Of a stretch of DNA of 64,000 bases, positions 19,624 to 27,826 are shown one piece after another; the first letter of the stretch is position 1; every line of letters starts with the position of its first letter. The DNA lies in contig OY771506.1 in NCBI GenBank assembly GCA_963674705.1, positions 3,232,001-3,296,000 on the forward strand. Direction: 5' to 3'. Position numbers and translations under genes: made by a program. This DNA is from Phycisphaeraceae bacterium (GTDB lineage Bacteria > Planctomycetota > Phycisphaerae > Phycisphaerales > Phycisphaeraceae). The notes below the pieces were generated by a model. The model was not told the DNA's origin. It searched no databases and saw only the letters and a list, made by a program, of their open reading frames with translations.

Positions 19624-20885
19624 GTGATACGCAACCCCTTTCACAATACCAATACCCACTTGGCCTTTTCGATCGCTACGGCGTCGAGCTCGAATACATG
19701 ATCGTCGATCGGGATACGCTGAACGTGCGCCCGATCTGCGATGAACTGCTCAAGGCGGTCTGCGGTTCGTATGAATCCGAGATCCAGCCGGATGGTGAAG
19801 ATTCTCCTATCGCCTGGTCCAATGAGTTGGCTCTGCATGTTGTTGAGTTCAAGACCAACGACCCGGCCGAGTCGTTGAATGGGCTGGATGGACTACTTCA
19901 TCAGCACATCAAGCGTGCCAACACGCTGCTTGAAACAATGGATGCCGTGCTGATGCCGACCGCGATGCACCCGTGGATGGACCCGTTCGCTGAATTGAAA
20001 CTCTGGCCGCACGAGGCCAGCCCGATCTACGAGGCGTTTGATCGTATCTTCTCCTGCAAGGGACACGGCTGGGCGAACCTCCAGAGCACACACATCAATC
20101 TCCCGTTCGCCAATGACGATGAGTTCGGCCGACTCCATGCCGCCATCCGCGCTGTCTTGCCGTTGATCCCCGCGTTGGCTGCCGCATCGCCCATCGTCGA
20201 TGGCAAGGTGACCGGCCATTCAGATACACGGATCGATGTCTACCGAACCAACGCACGCAAATTGCCTTCGGTCAGCGGCAAGGTCATCCCCGAGCCTGTT
20301 TACACGCGCGATACTTATGAAAACGAACTCCTCGCAGGGTTGTACCGCGACATCGCTCCCTTCGATCAGCAAGGCATACTCCAATACGAATGGCTGAACG
20401 CACGCGGCTGCATCGCCCGTTTCGATCGTGGATCGATTGAAATACGCCTTCTTGACATTCAGGAATGCCCCAAGGCAGACCTCGCGATTACTGCGTTGAT
20501 TGTGGAAACCGTACGGGCATTAACCGAGGGCCGTTGGATCGATCAACACACGCTTAGAGTATTGGATATGCAAACTTTAGCCGATGTCCTCACGGGTACG
20601 ACGCGTGATGCCGAACGGACAGTGATTCAATACAAGCCCTTGCTTCATGCTTTAGGCTGCCATCAGGACAAGATCACCGCTGGGGAGTTGTGGGAATACC
20701 TGATTGATGAACTTGTTCCACACAACTCGCCTTGGCTCGAAACGTTAGAGGCGATATCCACTCATGGAACGTTGTCCACACGTATCCTCAAAGCAACAGG
20801 CGCACAACCGGAGCAGGGATCGATCGCGCAGACTTATCGCAATCTGATCGATTGTCTGAAGAACAACAGACTCTTCCTGCCCTGA
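19620..20885 (+). CDS. Glutamate--cysteine ligase family (GCS2/YbdK-like carboxylate-amine ligase)
   Basis: GVELEYMIVD, NELALHVVEFKT, MHPW, STHINLP, IEIRLLD. Confidence 0.9.
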   Translation: MSDTQPLSQYQYPLGLFDRYGVELEYMIVDRDTLNVRPICDELLKAVCGSYESEIQPDGEDSPIAWSNELALHVVEFKTNDPAESLNGLDGLLHQHIKRANTLLETMDAVLMPTAMHPWMDPFAELKLWPHEASPIYEAFDRIFSCKGHGWANLQSTHINLPFANDDEFGRLHAAIRAVLPLIPALAAASPIVDGKVTGHSDTRIDVYRTNARKLPSVSGKVIPEPVYTRDTYENELLAGLYRDIAPFDQQGILQYEWLNARGCIARFDRGSIEIRLLDIQECPKADLAITALIVETVRALTEGRWIDQHTLRVLDMQTLADVLTGTTRDAERTVIQYKPLLHALGCHQDKITAGELWEYLIDELVPHNSPWLETLEAISTHGTLSTRILKATGAQPEQGSIAQTYRNLIDCLKNNRLFLP

Positions 20886-20901
20886 TTACGGCTGCCTTTT
20901 A

Positions 20902-21891
20902 TTAGCGGCGTCGACATGCGAATAAACCCATGCCCGCCAGCAATGCAAACGTTCCAGGTTCAGGCACCACACTTGATCCTGTCGGCGGCGTGCCCGCGTT
21001 CCAGTTATTCAGCACGATGTCCAGATCATCCAGCCCGACAAAGCCATCTCCGGATGGATCGGCGTGCGAATCAGCGGGCGGGACGTTCTGATTCCAATTG
21101 CCAAGCACGATATCCAGGTCGTCCAGGCCAACGAAACCATCGCTATTAAGATCGCCTGCCAGTCCGCCGCCGATCAGGTACTGCTCGATCCATACCTCAG
21201 CTAAGGTCTGGCCTTCTTCATTCACAACGGGCTGATCGCCCTCATAAATAATCTGGTTCTGCGTATTGCGTTCATAATCTGCGTTAAATAGCAGGTAAAC
21301 AGGCTCGCTATCGGTCAGACCGGACATCTTCAACTGGATGCAGACCAGGTAAAATCCATCCGCAGCATACGCTCCACCTGCTCCGCGTGCGGAATAGCTG
21401 ATGTGCTTGTGCAACACGCCGGACGGGCTCGTGCCATCCAGCACAAAACCCGCTACATCACTGGATGAACCATCCACCGAGATATTGGTAGCACTCGATA
21501 ACCGGAACTGAAGTGTATCGCCACTAACCGGCACGCCGAAGTCCACATCACCTTCACCATCCCAGTACAACAGGTTGTAATCGATTTGCGATATGGGGTG
21601 TGTGATCGCCAGCGCATCAAAGCCCAGATCGCTTGAAGCAAGCAGGGGGTATTCATCATTGCTGAAGTACCCAGGCGCGGTGCTGCCATAGATGCCTGAG
21701 TAGATAATATTGAGCGTTTCTGTGAACAGGCGCACGCCGGTGACGGTTGTACCACTATCAACGTCGACATAGCCGGTGTCGAGGGAGCCGTTGTCGTTGT
21801 ATGCAAGGATATCCACGTGGGCCGCTTGTGCACTGATCGAGCTTAAACAACTCAGCAGCAGGGCGGCAAATATCGTGTGTCGGGCCTTCAT
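20902..21891 (-). CDS. PEP-CTERM surface protein with HVD and HKH motifs and a dockerin-like tail
   Basis: Signal peptide, mature N-terminus AHVD, LHKHISY, two DxxxDGFVGLDDLD repeats, VPEP-TM-RRR. Confidence 0.9.
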   Translation of the reverse strand: MKARHTIFAALLLSCLSSISAQAAHVDILAYNDNGSLDTGYVDVDSGTTVTGVRLFTETLNIIYSGIYGSTAPGYFSNDEYPLLASSDLGFDALAITHPISQIDYNLLYWDGEGDVDFGVPVSGDTLQFRLSSATNISVDGSSSDVAGFVLDGTSPSGVLHKHISYSARGAGGAYAADGFYLVCIQLKMSGLTDSEPVYLLFNADYERNTQNQIIYEGDQPVVNEEGQTLAEVWIEQYLIGGGLAGDLNSDGFVGLDDLDIVLGNWNQNVPPADSHADPSGDGFVGLDDLDIVLNNWNAGTPPTGSSVVPEPGTFALLAGMGLFACRRR

Positions 21892-21923
21892 GAGAGGTCT
21901 CCAATGTTGAGTGGTTTGATAAT

Positions 21924-21954
21924 CGGCGCACCGACAGAATTGCCGGTGCGCCGA
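21924..21954. terminator. Intra-operon hairpin (TCGGCGCACCG...CGGTGCGCCGA)
   Basis: 11-bp perfect stem between the two PEP-CTERM genes; may be an attenuating or mRNA-stabilising hairpin. Confidence 0.55.
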
Positions 21955-21966
21955 ACTTGCTTTTGA

Positions 21967-22755
21967 TTAACGACGGGCCCGACGAACAGGCAGATAACTC
22001 ACTGCACCAATTAGCAGCAGGGATACAGCGCCCGGCTCGGGAACCAGGTTTGTTTCAACCCATTCTTCCGCCGCTTCGATCGCTTCATCCAACGCCGGTT
22101 CTTCCAGACCATAGCCGAAGACAAAGTAGATCGGATCGGTGGATTCCACGTTGGAAGCACTCAGCGTCAGAGATAACAGGTACACACCCGCAGAGGCATT
22201 GGCATCCAACGCGTTCAGCAGGAAGTCCATGTGGCCATGGCCGATGCCATTGCTGTCTGATGTCCATGGACTCACCGAGCCACTCACGGCGCTGCTGCTG
22301 CCGCTGACGGTGATGCTGTTGAACCCGTCATCGATGCTCAGCGATTCGATCGCTGCCGAGAAGTCGACGCCGCCGCTACCGTCCCAGTATGCGAGGCTGC
22401 TATCCAGGTCGGGCAGCATGTTCGCGGTGACTACCAGCGCGGTGTTGGCCGGGAAGACATAGTTCTGCCCGTCCGGGTCGGCGGCGGATTCACCGTCGGT
22501 GACGATGCCGGGTTCGTGACCCCCTGGCATCCCGCTGCCTTCCCAGTCGGCCTCCAATTCGCCGACGTAGACATAGGTCGGCCCCGTGTCGGTAACCAGG
22601 CCGGTTCCACCGTGGGCGTCATAATGGCCGGTAACGAGCTTGCCGTTATCAACGTAAGGCATGAGTCCACCCAGACCGCCGTGCGCGAGAACCGAGTTGG
22701 TAAAAACGCCACAGGCAAGCGTTGCGGCAGAAACAATAAGCGTTTGTTTGTACAT
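21967..22755 (-). CDS. PEP-CTERM surface protein with N-terminal His and HGH motif (no dockerin)
   Basis: Signal peptide ending VLA-HGG, GHGHMDF, GVYLLSL..S..DPIYFVF, VPEP-TM-RRARR; homologous to the neighbouring PEP-CTERM gene. Confidence 0.9.
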   Translation of the reverse strand: MYKQTLIVSAATLACGVFTNSVLAHGGLGGLMPYVDNGKLVTGHYDAHGGTGLVTDTGPTYVYVGELEADWEGSGMPGGHEPGIVTDGESAADPDGQNYVFPANTALVVTANMLPDLDSSLAYWDGSGGVDFSAAIESLSIDDGFNSITVSGSSSAVSGSVSPWTSDSNGIGHGHMDFLLNALDANASAGVYLLSLTLSASNVESTDPIYFVFGYGLEEPALDEAIEAAEEWVETNLVPEPGAVSLLLIGAVSYLPVRRARR

Positions 22756-22815
22756 GATGAGACTTTCCTTTTGCCCCTCCGGGCATGAATGTTTATGAAT
22801 GAAAAATATGAATAA

Positions 22816-23556
22816 TTACTGAAGCCCCGGATTGAATAGGTTTTCTGATTCGCTGCGGAAGACATCACCAAAGGTGTTGGTTTCCGCGTGGCCGTCGAGG
22901 TAGCCGTAGTTCGAACGGGCATTAAACGATTCCGCTTCACCGCCGTGGGCATCGATCTGTACCTGCTCATTGGCGATCTTCGCAACGACATCGCCGCCGA
23001 CACCGAATACGTCCCAGTTTTCCGGGTGCGGGTGGTCGGCCGTGGCGAACTCGCCGTCAAATGCCATGATCAAAAAATGCACCGTCTTGGTCGGCGCTTG
23101 TACACGATCCAGCCGGTTCCATGCCTCTGCGCCATCGGGGCTCCTTCCGCTCTGATTCACATCCGCCAGGAACGTATTGATCCCGTAGCTGGTCCTGCGG
23201 TAGGTGTTCCCGCCTGAAACATAAGGCGACGGCTCGTCCCAATACAGACATTCATCCACCGGAGATCGCAGGATCATGTCTTCGCTGTAATAGCTTTCGA
23301 GTGTGTTGATCCATGCGATCCCCTCGTTGGGGGCGACCGTACCGTGGGGCAAGCCCGCGTTGATCAGCCAGCCGTCGTTGCTGGTGATGTATGCGTAATG
23401 GGCGATCTCCAGTTGACGCATCTGGCTCAGGCACTTTAATGTCTGGGCCGACCGCCGCGCCGCGCCAAGGGCGGGCAAGAGTATCCCCACTAACAATGCG
23501 ATGATCGAAATCACCACCAATAACTCGATGAGCGTAAACGCCCGTCGGTTCTTCAT
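22816..23556 (-). CDS. Prepilin-type N-terminal cleavage/methylation protein with H-X9-DG motif (DUF1559 family)
   Basis: RAFTLIELLVVISIIALLVGILLPAL, SYGIN, H...SNYGYLDGH; start after a GGAGG SD. Confidence 0.93.
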   Translation of the reverse strand: MKNRRAFTLIELLVVISIIALLVGILLPALGAARRSAQTLKCLSQMRQLEIAHYAYITSNDGWLINAGLPHGTVAPNEGIAWINTLESYYSEDMILRSPVDECLYWDEPSPYVSGGNTYRRTSYGINTFLADVNQSGRSPDGAEAWNRLDRVQAPTKTVHFLIMAFDGEFATADHPHPENWDVFGVGGDVVAKIANEQVQIDAHGGEAESFNARSNYGYLDGHAETNTFGDVFRSESENLFNPGLQ

Positions 23557-23706
23557 GACAAGCCTCCACGAGCATACAGGCTCGATTGGAACACGTTCCG
23601 ATTCAATTCTGCCCGGCTGCAACAGCGCTGTACCGTGCGGTTACAGGTAACTATCGCGCCACATGGGCAGTGACAACAAGTGAATGTTTTTCAACTACGG
23701 CTAGTG

Positions 23707-24084
23707 TTAAAGAAGAATCGGCGGGCCGCGCGGTGATGCCTCGGACGGCAAGAAGTGGGGGATGAGTAAATCGACAAAAACCGCCGCACTACCGGCCTCA
23801 TCCAGGCTCAATAACGGCTCGGTATCAACCAGCACCGCCGTCGGCTTGTTCACGCCGGTAAGCATGTCGCATAGCCGACAGTCGTGCTCCTTCGGCGTGC
23901 TCGGTTCCGGCGTGTCTTGCTTATCACTGCAGTCGGACGAACAAGCATTCGATGCCTGCGTGGTCGGTGAATGCTCTAGTTGTAAGTGGATACCCAACGC
24001 CAGACCGCTGACGTAGAACAACATCGACGCGGTCAGCAGCACGCTGACCATCAAGTGGCGAGTTGCTTTAGCACGTGTCCACAT
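23707..24084 (-). CDS. DUF2946-like protein (TM, His, CxxC, C-terminal RGPP); putative ribosome-arrest leader
   Basis: MWTRAK start overlaps the Fur stop (TGATG); HLQLEH, HDCRLC, ends SPRGPPILL. Confidence 0.8.
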   Translation of the reverse strand: MWTRAKATRHLMVSVLLTASMLFYVSGLALGIHLQLEHSPTTQASNACSSDCSDKQDTPEPSTPKEHDCRLCDMLTGVNKPTAVLVDTEPLLSLDEAGSAAVFVDLLIPHFLPSEASPRGPPILL

Positions 24085-24461
24085 CAATTCGCACATGCCT
24101 CGCATCGGCCGTACAGGACTAACTCGTGACTTTCCATCACGAAGCCTGTCGGTAATAGTTCCTTGAGGTGACCCGGACAACCTTCCACATCGAAAACCTT
24201 CCCGCAGCTTCGGCACTCAAAATGGTGGTGGTGCGCCTTACCTGCCATTTCATACGCGGTCGATCGCTCGCCGGGCAGGTGTACTTCGGTTAACCAACCC
24301 GATTCAACACCCGCTTTCAAAGCGCGGTAGACAGTAGCCGCTCCGAGCCCCGGGGTGGTGCGCCGAGCACCGGCCAGGATCTCATCTGCGCGCACGGGGC
24401 GGTCGACTTCTTCCACAAATCTGCGGATCGCTGCCTTTTGATCTGTGCGTCGTTGTATCAT
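24084..24461 (-). CDS. Fur-family metal-responsive repressor (Zur/Fur-like)
   Basis: R.T.Q...I, G.ATVYRAL, HHHHFEC..CG, HELVLYG.C..C. Confidence 0.95.
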   Translation of the reverse strand: MIQRRTDQKAAIRRFVEEVDRPVRADEILAGARRTTPGLGAATVYRALKAGVESGWLTEVHLPGERSTAYEMAGKAHHHHFECRSCGKVFDVEGCPGHLKELLPTGFVMESHELVLYGRCEACAN

Positions 24462-24482
24462 GGTAATGATAATATGTTATCA
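24462..24482. promoter_or_regulatory. Fur/Zur-box-like operator overlapping the promoter of the Fur-family gene
   Basis: TGATAA-TATG-TTATCA inverted repeat at 24467-24482 within GGTAATGATAATATGTTATCA, immediately upstream of the ATG. Confidence 0.75.
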
Positions 24483-24547
24483 ATAGAAGGGGGACTGGTC
24501 AACACAAGCTGAATAAATTCTAGCCACTTTATCACAGATAAAAAGAA

Positions 24548-24578
24548 TAGCCCCCCAGTTTTAATAACTGGAGGGCTA
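24548..24578 (-). terminator. Rho-independent terminator after the GH130 gene
   Basis: TAGCCC.CCAGTT / AACTGG.GGGCTA stem followed by a U-rich tract on the minus strand. Confidence 0.65.
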
Positions 24579-24607
24579 TGGTTGGGCTTTATATTGTTTT
24601 TAATCTT

Positions 24608-26089
24608 TCAATAACCGCCGTTTACAGTCAGAGCATTGAGCAGTTCAGACATGCTGGTAGTCGCGAATGTCGTTGCCGAATCACTGACCGCATACGGGAT
24701 CATCAGCAGATCCCCGTTGAGCAGCGCCCCACATGTATAAACAACATTGGGTACGTACCCTTCACGCTCGTTGGCTTCAGGCACGATCAGCGGGTCACGC
24801 AGATGTCCGATCACCTTGGATGGATCATCCAGATCTAATAGCGATGCTCCGACACAGTACTGACGCATCGGGCCCACGCCGTGGGTCAGCAGCAGCCAGC
24901 CGGCTTCTGTCTCGATCGGCGGGCCGCAGTTGCCGATCTGCACGAATTCCCATGGATAACGCGGTGATTGCAGTTTGACCGCCTCGTTCCAGAAGTGGGG
25001 GTTGTCACTTTTCATCAGGTACATGTTCTCACCATCCAAACGCGAGACCATGTTGTAGAGGCCGTCAATCCGGCGGGGGAACAGGGCCATCCCCTTGTTC
25101 TGGACGTACTTGCCGTTAAGCGTATGGACCTTGATGTCAGTAAAGTCATCTGTTTCCAAAAGCTGTGGCAGGATGCGGAAGCCGTTGTAGGCCGTGTAGG
25201 TCCCGAAGTACGTCACCCTGCCATCATCCTCGACGAAACGGGTCATCCGCAGGTCTTCGATGCCTTTGGATTCATTCTCCGAGGTCGGGAAGATCACGAT
25301 CTCGTTCGGATCAGCGTCAGGTGGGACCAGCAGATGGTAGTTGCTGCGTGCCAGCCAGAGCATGTTCTCCGCGGTCTCGTTAAATGTGCCGTTGTTGTTC
25401 GGCCTGTCCCTGAGTTGAGCGACCGTGTGATCGAGGTCTCGGTAGGTGAAGTATTCGGGCAATGCATCGAGGATATTTCTGGCGGTCTCGTTATACGCCG
25501 CCATCTCGATGAGCTTGTAGAAGAACAGGTTCTTCTCGTATTCCTGATCGGTACGCATCCGCAATCGAGCCGCGTATCGGCTCTGTGGATCGAAGGTGAT
25601 TTCGCCCTTGGTGTCCACTTTGCCGGTGCGGAACACGATCGAGGATACGTGCCCCTCGCCGGTCGCGCGCAGGCTCATGATGAACCGTAGTTCGCCCTTT
25701 TTCAAACCGTCCTGGTTGGGGTGTGGAACGATAGAGGGATTAAATAACGCCGCCGCCTCGATCGAGTACTCCATCGTGAAGTAGGAGCCGATCAGCAGTC
25801 GACGTTCCCTGGTTAACTCGTCAGGTTTTTCCAGCAGGGGACGGATGTAATCGAAGTGGTGTTCCAGGATATCTTCGATCCGCCGGTGCCTGTCGCCAAA
25901 GTCCTGTAACACGCGCTGCAGAAGCGAATTCACTTCCGCATGATCCAAGGCAGCAATACGACGTATTACCGTCATGACGCGGTTCTCATCGCCGAAGCGG
26001 AAAAACCGTGTGATGACCCGCCGATCATCGGAGATAAAGCGGTCCGGGTGCCGCGTGACGTTGATTTGTGGAGTGGCTCGGGCAGGCAT
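24608..26089 (-). CDS. Glycoside hydrolase family 130 protein (mannoside phosphorylase/glycosidase-like)
   Basis: AALFNPS, GIEDLR, TYTAY, NKGMALFP, GYVPNVVY.CG, PYAVSD. Confidence 0.9.
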   Translation of the reverse strand: MPARATPQINVTRHPDRFISDDRRVITRFFRFGDENRVMTVIRRIAALDHAEVNSLLQRVLQDFGDRHRRIEDILEHHFDYIRPLLEKPDELTRERRLLIGSYFTMEYSIEAAALFNPSIVPHPNQDGLKKGELRFIMSLRATGEGHVSSIVFRTGKVDTKGEITFDPQSRYAARLRMRTDQEYEKNLFFYKLIEMAAYNETARNILDALPEYFTYRDLDHTVAQLRDRPNNNGTFNETAENMLWLARSNYHLLVPPDADPNEIVIFPTSENESKGIEDLRMTRFVEDDGRVTYFGTYTAYNGFRILPQLLETDDFTDIKVHTLNGKYVQNKGMALFPRRIDGLYNMVSRLDGENMYLMKSDNPHFWNEAVKLQSPRYPWEFVQIGNCGPPIETEAGWLLLTHGVGPMRQYCVGASLLDLDDPSKVIGHLRDPLIVPEANEREGYVPNVVYTCGALLNGDLLMIPYAVSDSATTFATTSMSELLNALTVNGGY

Positions 26090-26210
26090 AGGTACATCGC
26101 TTATCGTCAGCCTGTGCAGCCGGCTTGATATTGGTTAGCCGGGGCAGGGGAGGTCCGTTGAAGTCATCTGGTTTCAACTCGGGCCGCCCCGGCAAACTGA
26201 TCCGCCCGTG

Positions 26211-26978
26211 TTAATTATTCCTGTTCTCGCCGAATAACGCCCGGCCGATCCTCAGCACATTCGCGCCTTCTTCGATGGCCATTTCCATGTCGTCGCTCAT
26301 CCCCATCGAGAGGATGTTGCATTCGTTGCCACCGATCTTTTCTCGCCGTATATCGGCAAGAATGTCCGCGGTCCGTGCAAAAGCGGGGCGGGCGTCTTCC
26401 GGGTTACCCGTGTTCGGGCCCATCGTCATCAGGCCTCGCAACCGCAGGTGCATCATCGTGTCGATCTGCTCGGCCAGGTGGATCACTGCCGGGCCGGCGA
26501 CGCCCGTCTTGGTCGTCTCGCCCGTGACATTCACCTGGATCAGGATGTCCGCCACCACATCCATCCGCGCCGCGTAGTTATGGATCTCTTCGGCTAACCG
26601 AAGGCTGTCTACGCTGTGGATCAAGCCCACCAGCGGGATGGTTTGCTTGACCTTGTTCCGCTGCAGGTGACCGACCATGTGCCAGCGTACTTTTTCCGGC
26701 AGGCCGTCGATCGATGCCTTGGGAGCGGCGCCCGCCAGCGTCTTCTTGCGGCCGAGGAATTCCTCCATCATCGCCACGCGCTGAGACAACTGCTGGACCT
26801 TGGATTCCCCGAGTTCTGCGTGGCCCATCTCCACTAGTGTGCGGATCTGGTCCGGGCTGGCATACTTGGTCACGGCGACCATTTGCACGTCCCGACCACG
26901 ACGCCCGGCTCGCTCAGCCGCTTCGTGGATACGGTCCTGCACTCGCCGGTAGGCATCCTTCAACTGTGTCGGGCTCAT
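26211..26978 (-). CDS. yggS: PLP homeostasis protein (YggS family)
   Basis: AVTKY, WHMVGHLQRNK, HSVDS, LRGLMTM, LSMGMSDD, RIGRALFG; start MSPTQ after a GGAAGG SD. Confidence 0.95.
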   Translation of the reverse strand: MSPTQLKDAYRRVQDRIHEAAERAGRRGRDVQMVAVTKYASPDQIRTLVEMGHAELGESKVQQLSQRVAMMEEFLGRKKTLAGAAPKASIDGLPEKVRWHMVGHLQRNKVKQTIPLVGLIHSVDSLRLAEEIHNYAARMDVVADILIQVNVTGETTKTGVAGPAVIHLAEQIDTMMHLRLRGLMTMGPNTGNPEDARPAFARTADILADIRREKIGGNECNILSMGMSDDMEMAIEEGANVLRIGRALFGENRNN

Positions 26979-27065
26979 CAATCCTTCCATGGTTTATCAA
27001 GGTTAGGGCGTTTGACTGGCATATGCAAGGGCGTTTGTATCCTGTTCGTAAGACTTAAGACATAT

Positions 27066-27689
27066 TTACTTCGCATCCAAACGCTTATTTAAGAATCTCT
27101 TGCCGAAAATGATGCCCAGGATAATCAGGCAGATCACGATGATGACGCCTTTTTCGCCGTTGGCGACCCAGAGACGCACCTGCTCCAGGTACTCTGCGAA
27201 GTAGTATGCCAGCCCCAGAATAACAGGTACGCTGATCAGCGCCGCCCCGCCATCGTAGGCCAGAAACTTCCAGTAAGGGACCTTGAAGTTGCCTGCAGTG
27301 AAGATCGCCGGGGCACGCAGCCCGGGCAGGAAACGTACCGCAAACATGAACTTACCACCGTGCCGGTGCAGCATCGCCTCGGTCTTGGCCAGCCTTTTTT
27401 CGGTCAGGAACCGTCTCATCAGCGGTAGCTTCGGTACGTGGTGCCCGTATCGCCTGCCCAACCAGAACACCATCAGATCCGCTCCAACCACAGCGATGAA
27501 CGTCAGCGGGAACAGTGCCCAAGGGTCCGCATAGCCGTGATAGGCCAGGTACCCCGCCAGAATCAGCGGCACATCTTCAGGAATCGGAAGACCAAACCCA
27601 CTTAACAGAAGCAACCCCAGCACCACCACGTAGGGCATGTATGGCGTGGAAGACCCGAGCTGCGTCAGTGGTTCAAACAGTTCGTTCAT
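27066..27689 (-). CDS. dedA: DedA family membrane protein
   Basis: G.PIPEDV, D...FWLGRRYG, RFLPGLR. Confidence 0.92.
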   Translation of the reverse strand: MNELFEPLTQLGSSTPYMPYVVVLGLLLLSGFGLPIPEDVPLILAGYLAYHGYADPWALFPLTFIAVVGADLMVFWLGRRYGHHVPKLPLMRRFLTEKRLAKTEAMLHRHGGKFMFAVRFLPGLRAPAIFTAGNFKVPYWKFLAYDGGAALISVPVILGLAYYFAEYLEQVRLWVANGEKGVIIVICLIILGIIFGKRFLNKRLDAK

Positions 27690-27826
27690 AAAATCGCAAC
27701 GATCCTACCGGGATACCGCACTCCTGTCTTGGCAGCCGTATATGCAGGGTGACATGGGGATTGGCAAATCATGGTTTTTAATTTGGGTGTCAACACAGGC
27801 AGGCGTAAACGTTCAGCCCGTATGTG

